Source of the DNA: Eledone cirrhosa
Lineage: Eukaryota
NCBI GenBank assembly: GCA_964016885.1
Contig: OZ024740.1
Location: forward strand, 1,736,001 to 1,800,000
DNA: 64,000 nucleotides
Direction: 5' to 3'
The notes under the pieces were generated by a model. That model did not search any database and was not told the origin of the DNA. It saw only the letters and a list, made by a program, of their open reading frames with translations. Shown piece after piece: positions 1 through 14,213 of this stretch (the stretch's first letter is position 1; each line of letters starts with the position of its first letter). The position numbers and the translations under genes are program-made.

Positions 1-3000
1 TGGTGACATAGTGACATAACTCCTGGTGGTGTTATAATGGTGACATAGTGACATAACTCCTGGTGGTGTAATGGTGACATAGTGACAACTCCTGGTGGTG
101 TTGTAATGGTGACATAGTGACATAACTCCTGGTGTTGTAATGGTGACACAGTGACATAACTCCTGGTGGTGTTGTAATGGTGACATAGTGACATAACTCC
201 TGGTGGTGTTGTAATGGTGACATAGTGACATAACTCCTGGTGGTGTTGTAATGGTGACATAGTGACAACTCCTGGTGGTGTTGTAATGGTGACATAGTGA
301 CATAACTCCTGGTGTTGTAATGGTGACATAGTGACATAACTCCTGGTGTTGTAATGGTGACATAGTGACATAACTCCTGGTGGTGGTGTAATGGTGACAT
401 AGTGACATAACTCCTGGTGGTGTTGTAATGGTGACATAGTAACAACTCCTGGTGGTGTTATAATGGTGACATAGTGACATAACTCCTGGTGGTGTAATGG
501 TGACATAGTGACAACTCCTGGTGGTGTTGTAATGGTGACATAGTGACATAACTCCTGGTGTTGTAATGGTGACACAGTGACATAACTCCTGGTGGTGTTG
601 TAATGGTGACATAGTGACATAACTCCTGGTGTTGTAATGGTGACATAGTGACATAACTCCTGGTGTTGTAATGGTGACATAGTGACATAACTCCTGGTGG
701 TGTTGTAATGGTGACATAGTGACATAACTCCTGGTGTTGTAATGGTGACATAGTGACATAACTCCTGGTGTTGTAATGGTGACACAGTGACATAACTCCT
801 GGTGGTGTTGTAATGGTGACATAGTGACAACTCCTGGTGGTGTTGTAATGGTGACATAGTGACATAACTCCTGGTGTTGTAATGGTGACATAGTGACAAC
901 TCCTGGTGGTGTTGTAATGGTGACACAGTGACATAACTCCTGGTGGTGTTGTAATGGTGACATAGTGACATAACTCCTGGTGGTGTAATGGTGACATAGT
1001 GACAGCTCCTGTTGGTGTTGTAATGGTGACATAGTGACATAACTCCTGGTGTTATAATGGTGACATAGTGACATAACTCCTGGTGGTGTAATGGTGACAT
1101 AGTGACAACTCCTGGTCGTGTTGTAATGGTGACACAGTGACATAACTCCTGGTGGTGTTGTAATGGTGACATAGTGACATAACTCCTGGTGGTGTTGTAA
1201 TGGTGACATAGTGACAGCTCCTGGTGGTGTTGTAATGGTGACATAGTGACAACTCCTGGTGTTGTAATGGTGACATAGTGACAACTCCTGGTGGTGTTGT
1301 AATGGTGACATAGTGACATAACTCCTGGTGGTGTTGTAATGGTGACATAGTAACAACTCCTGGTGGTGTTGTAATGGTGACATAGTGACATAACTCCTGG
1401 TGGTGTTGTAATGGTGACATAGTGACATAACTCCTGGTGGTGTTGTAATGGTGACATAGTGACAACTCCTGGTGGTGTTGTAATGGTGACACAGTGACAT
1501 AACTCCTGGTGGTGTTGTAATGGTGACATAGTGACATAACTCCTGGTGGTGTTGTAATGGTGACATAGTGACATAACTCCTGGTGGTGTTGTAATGGTGA
1601 CATAGTGACAACTCCTGGTGGTGTTGTAATGGTGACATAGTGACAACTCCTGGTGGTGTTGTAATGGTGACATAGTGACATAACTCCTGGTGGTGTTGTA
1701 ATGGTGACATAGTGACATAACTCCTGGTGGTGTTATAATGGTGACATAGTGACATAACTCCTGGTGGTGTAATGGTGACATAGTGACAACTCCTGGTGGT
1801 GTTGTAATGGTGACATAGTGACATAACTCCTGGTGTTGTAATGGTGACACAGTGACATAACTCCTGGTGGTGTTGTAATGGTGACATAGTGACATAACTC
1901 CTGGTGGTGTTGTAATGGTGACATAGTGACATAACTCCTGGTGGTGTTGTAATGGTGACATAGTGACAACTCCTGGTGGTGTTGTAATGGTGACATAGTG
2001 ACATAACTCCTGGTGTTGTAATGGTGACATAGTGACATAACTCCTGGTGTTGTAATGGTGACATAGTGACATAACTCCTGGTGGTGGTGTAATGGTGACA
2101 TAGTGACATAACTCCTGGTGGTGTTGTAATGGTGACATAGTAACAACTCCTGGTGGTGTTATAATGGTGACATAGTGACATAACTCCTGGTGGTGTAATG
2201 GTGACATAGTGACAACTCCTGGTGGTGTTGTAATGGTGACATAGTGACATAACTCCTGGTGTTGTAATGGTGACACAGTGACATAACTCCTGGTGGTGTT
2301 GTAATGGTGACATAGTGACATAACTCCTGGTGTTGTAATGGTGACATAGTGACATAACTCCTGGTGTTGTAATGGTGACATAGTGACATAACTCCTGGTG
2401 GTGTTGTAATGGTGACATAGTGACATAACTCCTGGTGTTGTAATGGTGACATAGTGACATAACTCCTGGTGTTGTAATGGTGACACAGTGACATAACTCC
2501 TGGTGGTGTTGTAATGGTGACATAGTGACAACTCCTGGTGGTGTTGTAATGGTGACATAGTGACATAACTCCTGGTGTTGTAATGGTGACATAGTGACAA
2601 CTCCTGGTGGTGTTGTAATGGTGACACAGTGACATAACTCCTGGTGGTGTTGTAATGGTGACATAGTGACATAACTCCTGGTGGTGTAATGGTGACATAG
2701 TGACAGCTCCTGTTGGTGTTGTAATGGTGACATAGTGACATAACTCCTGGTGTTATAATGGTGACATAGTGACATAACTCCTGGTGGTGTAATGGTGACA
2801 TAGTGACAACTCCTGGTCGTGTTGTAATGGTGACACAGTGACATAACTCCTGGTGGTGTTGTAATGGTGACATAGTGACATAACTCCTGGTGGTGTTGTA
2901 ATGGTGACATAGTGACAGCTCCTGGTGGTGTTGTAATGGTGACATAGTGACAACTCCTGGTGTTGTAATGGTGACATAGTGACAACTCCTGGTGGTGTTG

Positions 3001-4972
3001 TAATGGTGACATAGTGACATAACTCCTGGTGGTGTTGTAATGGTGACATAGTAACAACTCCTGGTGGTGTTGTAATGGTGACATAGTGACATAACTCCTG
3101 GTGGTGTTGTAATGGTGACATAGTGACATAACTCCTGGTGGTGTTGTAATGGTGACATAGTGACATAACTCCTGGTGGTGTAATGGTGACATAGTGACAA
3201 CTCCTGGTGGTGTTGTAATGGTGACACAGTGACATAACTCCTGGTGGTGTTATAATGGTGACATAGTGACAACTCCTGGTGGTGTTGTAATGGTGACATA
3301 GTGACAACTCCTGGTGGTGTTGTAATGGTGACACAGTGACATAACTCCTGGTGGTGTTGTAATGGTGACATAGTGACATAACTCCTGGTGGTGTTATAAT
3401 GGTGACATAGTGACATAACTCCTGGTGTTGTTGTAATGGTGACATAGTGACAACTCCTGGTGGTGTTGTAATGGTGACATAGTGACATAACTCCTGGTGG
3501 TGTTGTAATGGTGACATAGTGACATAACTCCTGGTGGTGTTGTAATGGTGACACAGTGACATAACTCCTGGTGGTGTTATAATGGTGACATAGTGACAAC
3601 TCCTGGTGGTGTTGTAATGGTGACACAGTGACATAACTCCTGGTGGTGTTGTAATGGTGACACAGTGACATAACTCCTGGTGGTGTTGTAATGGTGACAT
3701 AGTGACATAACTCCTGGTGGTGTTGTAATGGTGACATAGTGACATAACTCCTGGTGGTGTTGTAATGGTGACATAGTGACAACTCCTGGTGGTGTTGTAA
3801 TGGTGACACAGTGACATAACTCCTGGTGGTGTTGTAATGGTGACATAGTGACATAACTCCTGGTGGTGTTGTAATGGTGACATAGTGACATAACTCCTGG
3901 TGGTGTTGTAATGGTGACACAGTGACATAACTCCTGGTGGTGTTGTAATGGTGACATAGTGACATAACTCCTGGTGGTGTTGTAATGGTGACATAGTGAC
4001 ATAACTCCTGGTGGTGTTGTAATGGTGACATAGTGACAACTCCTGGTGGTGTTGTAATGGTGACATAGTGACATAACTCCTGGTGGTGTTGTAATGGTGA
4101 CATAGTGACAACTCCTGGTGGTGTTGTAATGGTGACATAGTGACAACTCCTGGTGGTGTAATGGTGACATAGTGACATAACTCCTGGTGGTGTTGTAATG
4201 GTGACATAGTGACATAACTCCTGGTGGTGTTGTAATGGTGACATAGTGACATAACTCCTGGTGGTGTTGTAATGGTGACATAGTGACATAACTCCTGGTG
4301 GTGTTGTAATGGTGACATAGTGACAACTCCTGGTGGTGTTGTAATGGTGACATAGTGACATAACTCCTGGTGTTGTAATGGTGACATAGTGACACAACTC
4401 CTGGTGGTGTTGTAATGGTGACATAGTGACAACTCCTGGTGGTGTTGTAATGGTGACATAGTGACAACTCCTGGTGGTGTTGTAATGGTGACACAGTGAC
4501 AACTCCTGGTGGTGTTGTAATGGTGACATAGTGACAACTCCTGGTGGTGTTGTAATGGTGACACAGTGACAACTCCTGGTGGTGTTGTAATGGTGACACA
4601 GTGACAACTCCTGGTGGTGTTGTAATGGTGACATAGTGACATAACTCCTAGTGGTGTTGTAATGGTGACATAGTGACATAACTCCTGGTGGTGTTGTAAT
4701 GGTGACATAGTGACATAACTCCTGGTGGTGTTGTAATGGTGACATAGTGACATAACTCCTGGTGGTGTTGTAATGGTGACATAGTGACATAACTCCTGGT
4801 GGTGTTGTAATGGTGACATAGTGACATAACTCCTGGTGGTGTTGTAATGGTGACATAGTGACATAACTCCTGGTGGTGTTGTAATGGTGACATAGTGACA
4901 ACTCCTGGTGGTGTTGTAATGGTGACATAGTGACATAACTCCTGGTGGTGTTGTAATGGTGACATAGTGACA
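1..4972. repeat. 37-bp minisatellite array (variants 34/35 bp), runs off the window start
   Basis: Unit TGGTGACATAGTGACATAACTCCTGGTGGTGTTGTAA repeated >130 times; identical ORF-track entries offset by 1701 bp show a block duplication. Confidence 0.97.
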
Positions 4973-5046
4973 TGACCATTTTAAACCTGGTGTGGTGGAG
5001 TTTATTCCTTCTATAAGTCACAACACAACTGATTTCTTCCAGAGGA

Positions 5047-5697
5047 CTACCACCACCACTACTGCTACTACCACTACCACCACCACTTCTACCACCACCA
5101 CCACTACTACCACCACCACTACTACCACCACCACCACTACCACCACTACGACCACCACCACCACCACTACTACCACCACCACTACTACTACCACCACCAT
5201 TACTATCACCACTACTACTACCACCACCATCACCTCCACCATCACTACTACTACCACCACCACTAGTACCACTACCACCACTACTACCACCACCACCACT
5301 ACTACTACTACCACTACTACCACCACCACACTACTACCACCACCACCACACTACTACCACCACCACTACTACACTACCACCACTACCACCACCACCACCA
5401 CTACCACCACCACCACTACTACACTACCACCACCACCACTACTACCACTACCACCACCACCACCACTACTACCGCCACCACTACTACTGCTACCACCACC
5501 ACTACCACTACTATTAATACTACTACAACTACTACCACTGCCACCACCACCACTACTACCACCACCACCACCACACTACTACCACTACCACCACCACCAT
5601 TCAACCACTGCTACCACCACCACCACCACCACCACCACCACCACACTACTACTACTACCACGACCACCACCACTACCACCACACCACTACTACTACC
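5047..5697. repeat. (ACC/ACT)n compound trinucleotide microsatellite
   Basis: Direct reading; source of the poly-T/P/V pseudo-ORFs. Confidence 0.95.
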
Positions 5698-5804
5698 TGT
5701 TATGCCCACTGGCATGTAGGGCAGCAATAAAGAGCCTCCACTCCTGTCTGCCCTGGGCCAGTTTCCTCTAGAGAGAAGGAGAGAGGCTAATAAAGCAAAA
5801 GAAA

Positions 5805-5950
5805 GAGACCAACCATTGACACCAGTACAGTACTGCTATTTTATTTACTGACTTGAAAAGGATGAAAGGCAAAAGTTGACCTTGGTGGAATTTGAACACA
5901 GATTGCAGAGAATCAACAAATATAACACATTCTCTCTAACAATCTAACAA
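5805..5950 (-). mobile_element. Degenerate SINE, Meta-domain-like family
   Basis: GGATGAAAGGCAAAAGTTGACCTTGGTGGAATTTGAAC is the reverse complement of the core of the complete copy at 48650-48845. Confidence 0.65.
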
Positions 5951-6149
5951 GATTTACAATTGAGCAACTTTGACAAATATATTTCCTGGCTCCAACTGTC
6001 ATTACTGCTGTCTTGTGTGCTTCGTTAGTCTATAATTAACTATAATCAATTTAAAAGTACATTAGTGGTTCAATGCTGCAAGTCGTATGTTGTCTGACAT
6101 CTCTTCTCACTAGGGACTTTAAGATTGTTTTACACTTAGCCTAACATAG

Positions 6150-9100
6150 TGTTGAGGCATGTGGCCTAGTGGTAAGGGTGTTGCACTGACCATCAGGATG
6201 TTGTAGGTTCTATTGCTAGACTTGGTTGTGTGTTGTGTTCTGTGGAGGTGTGTGGCCTAGTGGTAAGGGTGTTGGACTGACCATCAGGATGTTGTAGGTT
6301 CAATTGCTAGACTGTGTTGTGTGTTGTGTTCTGTTGAGGTGTGTGGCCTAGTGGTAAGGGTGTTGGACTGACCATCAAAATGTTGTAGGCTCAATTGCTG
6401 GACTGGGTTGTGTGTTGTGTTTTGTGGAGGTGTGTTGCCTAGTGGTAAGGGTGTTGGACTGACCATCAGGATGTTGTAGGTTCTATTGCTAGACTGGGTT
6501 GTGTGTTGTGTTCTGTGGAGGTGTGTGGCCTAGTGGTAAGGGTGTTGGACTGACCATCAGGATGTTGTAGGTTCAATTGCTAGACTGTGTTGTGTGTTGT
6601 GTTCTGTTAAGGTGTGTGGCCTAGTGGTAAGGGTGTTGGACTGACCATCAGGATGTTGTAGGCTCAATTGCTAGACTGGGTTGTGTGTTCTGTTCTGTGG
6701 AGGTGTGTGGCCTAGTGGTAAGGGTGTTGGACTGACCATCAGGATGTTGTAGGTTCAATTGCTAGACTGGGTTGTGTGTTCTGTTCTGTGGAGGTGTGTG
6801 GCCTAGTGGTAAGGGTGTTGGACTGACCATCAGGATGTTGTAGGCTCAATTGCTGGACTGGGTTGTGTGTTCTGTTCTGTGGAGGTGTGTGGCCTAGTGG
6901 TAAGGGTGTTGGACTGACCATCAGAATGTTGTAGGTTCAATTGCTAGACTGGGTTGTGTGTTGTGTTCTGTGGAGGTGTGTGGCCTAGTGGTAAGGGTGT
7001 TGGACTGACCATCAGAATGTTGTAGGTTCAATTGCTAGACTGGCTTGTGTGTTGTGTTCTGTGGAGGTGTGTGGCCTAGTGGTAAAGGTGTTGGACTGAC
7101 CATCAGAATGTTGTAGGTTCAATTGCTAGACTGGGTTGTGTGTTGTGTTCTGTGGATGTGTGTGGCCTAGTGGTAAGGGTGTTGGACTGACCATCAGAAT
7201 GTTGTAGGTTCAATTGCTAGACTGGGTTGTGTGTTGTGTTCTGTGGAGGTGTGTGGCCTAGTGGTAAGGGTGTTGGACTGACCATCAGAATGTTGTAGGT
7301 TCAGTTGCTAGACTGGGTTGTGTGTTGTGTTCTGTGGAGGTGTGTGGCCTAGTGGTAAGGGTGTTGGACTGACCATCAGAATGTTGTAGGTTCAATTGCT
7401 AGACTGGGTTGTGTGTTCTGTTCTGTGGAGGCGTGTGGCCTAGTGGTAAGGGTGTTGGACTGACCATCAGGATGTTGTAGGTTCAATTGCTAGACTGGCT
7501 TGTGTGTTGTGTTCTGTGGAGGTGTGTGGCCTAGTGGTAAGGGTGTTGGACTGACCATCAGGATGTTGTAGGCTCAATTGCTGGACTGGGTTGTGTGTTC
7601 TGTTCTGTGGAGGCGTGTGGCCTAGTGGTAAGGGTGTTGGACTGACCATCAGGATGTTGTAGGTTCAATTGCTAGACTGGGTTGTGTGTTGTGTTCTGTG
7701 GAGGTGTGTGGTCTAGTGGTAAGGGTGTTGGACTGACCATCAGGATGTTGTAGGCTCAATTGCTAGACTGGGTTGTGTGTTGTGTTCTGTGGAGGTGTGT
7801 GGCCTAGTGGTAAGGGTGTTGGACTGACCATCAGAATGTTGTAGGTTCTATTGCTAGACTGGGTTGTGTGTTGTGTTCTGTGGAGGTGTGTGGTCTAGTG
7901 GTAAGGGTGTTGGACTGACCATCAGGATGTTGTAGGCTCAATTGCTAGACTGGGTTGTGTGTTGTGTTCTGTGGAGGTGTGTGGCCTAGTGGTAAGGGTG
8001 TTGGACTGACCATCAGGATGTTGTAGGCTCAATTGCTAGACTGGGTTGTGTGTTGTGTTCTGTGGAGGTGTGTGGCCTAGTGGTAAGGGTGTTGGACTGA
8101 CCATCAGAATGTTGTAGGTTCAATTGCTAGACTGGGTTGTGTGTTGTGTTCTGTGGAGGTGTGTGGCCTAGTGGTAAGGGTGTTGGACTGACCATCAGGA
8201 TGTTGTAGGCTCAATTGCTGGACTGGGTTGTGTGTTGTGTTTTGTGGAGGTGTGTTGCCTAGTGGTAAGGGTGTTGGACTGACCATCAGGATGTTGTAGG
8301 TTCAATTGCTAGACTGGGTTGTGTGTTGTGTTCTGTGGAGGTGTGTGGCCTAGTGGTAAGGGTGTTGGACTGACCATCAGGATGTTGTAGGCTCAATTGC
8401 TGGACTGGGTTGTGTTGTGTTTTGTGGAGGTGTGTTGCCTAGTGGTAAGGGTGTTGGACTGACCATCAGGATGTTGTAGGTTCAATTGCTAGACTGGGTT
8501 GTGTGTTGTGTTCTGTGGAGGTGTGTGGCCTAGTGGTAAGGGTGTTGGACTGACCATCAGGATGTTGTAGGCTCAATTGCTGGACTGGGTTGTGTTGTGT
8601 TTTGTGGAGGTGTGTTGCCTAGTGGTAAGGGTGTTGGACTGACCATCAGGATGTTGTAGGTTCAATTGCTGGACTGGGTTGTGTGTTGTGTTCTGTGGAG
8701 GTGTGTGGCCTAGTGGTAAGGGTGTTGGACTGACCATCAGGATGTTGTAGGCTCAATTGCTGGACTGGGTTGTGTTATGTGTTCTGTGGAGGTGTGTGGC
8801 CTAGTGGTAAGGGTGTTGGACTGACCATTAGAATGTTGTAGGTTCAATTGCTAGACTGGCTTGTGTGTTGTGTTCTGTGGAGGTGTGTGGCCTAGTGTTA
8901 AAGGTGTTGGACTGACCTTCAGAATGTTGTATGTTCAATTGCTGGACTGGGTTGTGTGTTGTGTTCTGTGGAGGTGTATGGCCTAGTGGTAAGGGTGTTG
9001 GACTGACCATCAGGATGTTGTAGGTTCAATTGCTAGACTGGGTTGTGTGTTGTGTTCTGTGGAGGTGTGTGGCCTAGTGGTAAGGGTGTTGGACTGACCA

Positions 9101-12100
9101 TCAGAATGTTGTAGGTTCAATTGCTAGACTGGGTTGTGTGTTGTGTTCTGTGGAGGTGTGTGGCCTAGTGGTAAGGGTGTTGGACTGACCATCAGAATGT
9201 TGTAGGTTCAATTGGTAGACTGGGTTGTGTGTTGTGTTCTGTGGAGGTGTGTGGCCTAGTGGTAAGGGTGTTGGACTGACCATCAGAATGTTGTAGGTTC
9301 AATTGCTGGACTGGGTTGTGTGTTGTGTTCTGTGGAGGTGTATGGCCTAGTGGTAAGGGTGTTGGACTGACCATCAGAATGTTGTAGGTTCAATTGCTAG
9401 ACTGGGTTGTGTGTTGTGTTCTGTGGACGTGTGTGGCCTAGTGGTAAGGGTGTTGGACTGACCATCAGAATGTTGTAGGCTCAATTGCTGGACTGGGTTG
9501 TGTGTTCTGTTCTGTGGAGGCGTGTGGCCTAGTGGTAAGGGTGTTGGACTGACCATCAGGATGTTGCAGGTTCAATTGCTAGCCTGGGTTGTGTGTTGTG
9601 TTCTGTGGAGGTGTGTGGCCTAGTGGTAAGGGTGTTGGACTGACCATCAGAATGTTGTAGGTTCTATTGCTAGACTGGGTTGTGTGTTGTGTTCTGTGGA
9701 GGTGTGTGGTCTAGTGGTAAGGGTGTTGGACTGACCATCAGGATGTTGTAGGCTCAATTGCTAGACTGGGTTGTGTGTTGTGTTCTGTGGAGGTGTGTGG
9801 CCTAGTGGTAAGGGTGTTGGACTGACCATCAGAATGTTGTAGGTTCTATTGCTAGACTGGGTTGTGTGTTGTGTTCTGTGGAGGTGTGTGGCCTAGTGGT
9901 AAGGGTGTTGGACTGACCATCAGAATGTTGTAGGTTCTATTGCTAGACTGGGTTGTGTGTTGTGTTCTGTGGAGGTGTGTGGCCTAGTGGTAAGGGTGTT
10001 GGACTGACCATCAGGATGTTGTAGGTTCTATTGCTAGACTGGGTTGTGTGTTGTGTTCTGTGGAGGTGTGTGGCCTAGTGGTAAGGGTGTTGGACTGACC
10101 ATCAGGATGTTGTAGGTTCAATTGCTAGACTGGGTTGTGTGTTGTGTTCTGTGGAGGTGTGTGGCCTAGTGGTAAGGGTGTTGGACTGACCATCAGAATG
10201 TTGTAGGTTCTATTGCTAGACTGGGTTGTGTGTTGTGTTCTGTGGAGGTGTGTGGCCTAGTGGTAAGGGTGTTGGAATGACCATCAGGATGTTGTAGGTT
10301 CAATTGCTAGACTGGGTTGTGTGTTGTGTTCTGTGGAAGTGTGTGGCCTAGTGGTAATAGTGTTGGACTGACCATCAGAATGTTGTAGGTTCAATTGCTG
10401 GACTGGGTTGTGTGTTGTGTGCTGTTGAGGTGTGTGGTCTAGTGGTAAGGGTGTTGGACTGACCATCAGGATGTTGTAGGTTCAATTGCTGGACTGGGTT
10501 GTGTGTTGTGTTCTGTGGAAGTGTGTGGCCTAGTGGTAAGGGTGTTGGACTGACCATCAGGATGTTGTAGGGTCAATTGCTGGACTGGGTTGTGTGTTGT
10601 GTTCTGTGGAGGTGTGTGGCCTAGTGGTAAGGGTGTTGGACTGACCATCAGGATGTTGTAGGTTCAATTGCTAGACTGGGTTGTGTGTTGTGTTCTGTGG
10701 AAGTGTGTGGCCTAGTGGTAAGGGTGTTGGACTGACCATCAGGATGTTGTAGGGTCAATTGATGGACTGGGTTCTGTGTTGTGTTCTGTGGAGGTGTGTG
10801 GCCGAGTGGTAAGGGTATTGGACTGACCATCAGGATGTTGTAGGTTCTATTGCTAGACTGGGTTGTGTTCTGTGGAGGTGTGTGGCCTAGTGGTAAGGGT
10901 GTTGGACTGACCATCAGGATGTTGTAGGTTCTATTGCTAGACTGGGTTGTGTGTTGTGTTCTGTGGAGGTGTGTGGTCTAGTGGTAAGGGTGTTGGACTG
11001 ACCATCAGGATGTTGTAGGTTCAATTGCTAGACTGGGTTGTGTGTTGTGTTCTGTGGAGGTGTGTGGCCTAGTGGTAAGGGTGTTGGACTGACCATCAGG
11101 ATGTTGTAGGTTCTATTGCTAGACTGGGTTGTGTGTTGTGTTCTGTTGAGGTGTGTGGCCTAGTGGTAAGGGTGTTGGACTGACCATCAGGATGTTGTAG
11201 GTTCAATTGCTAGACTGGGTTGTGTGTTGTGTTCTGTGGAAGTGTGTGGCCTAGTGGTAAGGGTGTTGGACTGACCATCAGGATGTTGTAGGGTCAATTG
11301 ATGGACTGGGTTCTGTGTTGTGTTCTGTGGAGGTGTGTGGCCGAGTGGTAAGGGTATTGGACTGACCATCAGGATGTTGTAGGTTCTATTGCTAGACTGG
11401 GTTGTGTGTTGTGTTCTGTGGAGGTGTGTGGCCTAGTGGTAAGGGTATTGGACTGACCATCAGGATGTTGTAGGTTCTATTGCTAGACTGGGTTGTGTGT
11501 TGTGTTCTGTGGAGGTGTGTGGCCTAGTGGTAAGGTGTTGGACTGATCATCAGAATGTTGTAGGTTCAATTGCTAGACTGGGTTGTGTGTTGTGTTCTGT
11601 GGAGGTGTGTGGCCTAGTGGTAAGGATGTTGGACTGACCATCATGATGTTGTAGGTTCTATTGCTAGACTGGGTTGTGTGTTGTGTTCTGTGGAGGTGTG
11701 TGGCCTAGTGGCAAGGGTGTTGGACTGACCATCAGGATGTTGTAGGTTCAATTGCTAGACTGGGTTGTGTTCTGTGGAGGTGTGTGGCCTAGTGGTAAGG
11801 GTGTTGGACTGACCATCAGGATGTTGTAGGTTCAATTGCTGGACTGGGTTGTGTTCTGTGGAGGTGTGTGGACTAGTGGTAAGGGTGTTGGACTGACCAT
11901 CAGGATGTTGTAGGTTCTATTGCTAGACTGGGTTGTGTGTTGTGTTCTGTTGAGGTGTGTGGCCTAGTGGTAAGGGTGTTGGACTGACCATCAGGATGTT
12001 GTAGGTTCTATTGCTAGACTGGGTTGTGTGTTGTGTTCTGTGGAGGTGTGTGGTCTAGTGGTAAGGGTGTTGGACTGACCATCAGGATGTTGTAGGTTCA

Positions 12101-13172
12101 ATTGCTAGACTGTGTTGCGTGTTGTGTTCTGTGGAGGTGTGTGGCCTAGTGGTAAGGGTGTTGGACTGACCATCAGGATGTTGTAGGTTCTATTGCTAGA
12201 CTTGGTTGTGTTCTGTGGAGGTGTGTGGCCTAGTGGTAAGGGTGTTGGACTGACCATCAGGATGTTGTAGGTTCAATTGCTAGACTGGGTTGTGTGTTGT
12301 GTTTTGTGGAGGTGTGTGGCCTAGTAGTAAGGGTGTTGGACTGACCATCAGGATGTTGTAGGTTCTATTGCTAGACTTGGTTGTGTTCTGTGGAGGTGTG
12401 TGGCCTAGTGGTAAGGGTGTTGGACTGACCATCAGGATGTTGTAGGTTCTATTGCTAGACTTGGTTGTGTTCTGTGGAGGTGTGTGGCCTAGTGGTAAGG
12501 GTGTTGGACTGACCATCAGGATGTTGTAGTTTCTATTGCTAGACTGGGTTGTGTGTTGTGTTTTGTGGAGGTGTGTGGCCTAGTGGTAAGGGTGTTGGAC
12601 TGACCATCAGGATGTTGTAGGTTCTATTGCTAGACTTGGTTGTGTGTTGTGTTCTGTGGAGGTGTGTGGCCTAGTGGTAAGGGTGTTGGACTGATCATCA
12701 GAATGTTGTAGGTTCAATTGCTGGACTGGGTTGTGTGTTGTGTTCTGTGGAGGTGTGTGGCCTAGTGGTAAGGGTGTTGGACTGACCATCAGGATGTTGT
12801 AGGTTCTATTGCTAGACTGGGTTGTGTGTTGTGTTCTGTGGAGGTGTGTGGCCTAGTGGTAAGGGTGTTGGACTGACCATCAGGATGTTGTAGGTTGTAT
12901 TGCTAGACTGGGTTGTGTGTTGTGTTTTGTGGAGGTATGTTGCCTAGTGGTAAGGGTGTTGGACTGAAGATTATAATGTTGTGTTCTTGAGCAAAATACT
13001 TCATTTCATGTTTCTCCAGTATACTCAGCTGAAAATGAGTACCAGTAATAGGCGGAGATTTAACCCTGCAATGGACTGACATCCTGTCCAGGGTAAGTCT
13101 TGTACTCTGTCACTTCATGCCACAGAAACCAAGATAAGTATCGGCCTGATGAGCCTCCAGGCTCAAGACAGA
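6150..13172 (+). mobile_element. tRNA-derived CORE-like SINE whose head has been amplified into a tandem array
   Basis: Head at ~6154; body resumes at ~12980 (GTTCTTGAGCAAAATACTTCATTTCA...CTCAGCTG...GAAACC...TGAGCCTCCAGGCTCAAGAC), colinear with the single-head copy at 33135-33385. Confidence 0.88.
6154..12968 (+). repeat. 91-bp tandem array (~75 copies) of a SINE tRNA-like head with A-box and near-B-box
   Basis: Unit GAGGTGTGTGGCCTAGTGGTAAGGGTGTTGGACTGACCATCAGGATGTTGTAGGTTCAATTGCTAGACTGGGTTGTGTGTTGTGTTCTGTG; A box TGGCCTAGTGG, B-box-like GGTTCAATTGC. Confidence 0.96.
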
Positions 13173-14058
13173 CTTTAGACTTTGATATAGAGTAATGTAG
13201 AAACTATGTAATATGACAACTGTAGCCTGACAATGTCCATCAACCCCATACCAGTAATTGGAGCAGGCCAGTTGTTGTTTGACTAACAGGGCTGGATTTT
13301 TGAAGAACATGTTTGAATTTAATTTATGGCTAGTATGGTTTAGTGAGTCGGGTTGATTGTAGGATTATGGATAGCATGGGTTTGGTTTAGATTTGTTACA
13401 ATATGGCCATAGTTATATAATTATGGATATACAATGACATTCATAAATGAGATATTAATCAAACTCCTAACGGGTTTCATAATTTTAATGGATTTCACAT
13501 TGGCTTTGTATAGCTGCACAAAGACAACTGTAGTTAAATATATATGTTGGTCCTCCATCACTTTCTACGATGAGTGTTCCAGTTGATTCAATCAATGCAA
13601 CAGTGAGAGGGGAAGGGAAAGTAAAAATGGGTTAGAGAGAGACTCAACATATGGGATGAAGGAGGAGCATACATCCTGAGCTGAGTGGTTGGCAAAGAAT
13701 GAGATGGAGAGGCAAATATATAAACACTACTGAAGTCTGTGTTTACACACAAACACATACAGTATATGTACTTACATGGCCACAAGTAATTATCTGCTGA
13801 GTGGCTGCACAAAGTATTTTCCAGTCTTTTTTTTCTTTGATCAATGGACTATACATATATGAAAATATGTCTGAGCATAAGCAATATTATAAATCATTTT
13901 TACCAAATGCAGCAGTAGTGAATTCATTCATTTTTCATATATTTATTTGTATATTTTTATATACCTAATGCCACCCACAATGGTAAATATATATTCCCCA
14001 AATTACTCATCACATCACATGTAATACTCTAGTACGTAGATATTCTAGATAACAAGAA

Positions 14059-14097
<39 letters not shown>

Positions 14098-14100
<3 letters not shown>

Positions 14101-14173
14101 TCATCATCATTATCATTTCATTTTACGTTCGCTTTTTCCCTGCTTGCAAGGGTGGGATGGGAACTGATTCTGG

Positions 14174-14176
<3 letters not shown>
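14098..14176 (-). mobile_element. 5'-truncated 3' tail of the RTE-tailed SINE, inserted in (TA)n
   Basis: Reverse complement matches 57150-57210 (AGCCAGAATCAGTTCCC..CCCACCCT.GCAAGCAGGGAAAAAGCG); (GAT)n tail; (TA)n on both sides. Confidence 0.8.

Positions 14177-14213
<37 letters not shown>

Noticed and set aside
1-4972. CRISPR-like regular ~37-bp repeats
   Set aside because: No unique spacers, no cas genes, and the context is eukaryotic.
4992-5771. Mucin-like Thr/Pro-rich ORF
   Set aside because: It is a translation of an ACC/ACT microsatellite.
6154-12968. tRNA gene cluster
   Set aside because: No convincing acceptor stem or cloverleaf; the units are SINE heads that continue into a SINE body.
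13120-13170. GAAAC...CTGATGAGCC in the tail-A SINE as a hammerhead
   Set aside because: Stems I and III cannot be formed, and CTGATGA is not conserved in sibling copies (CTAATGA at ~33362, TTATGAA at ~39836).
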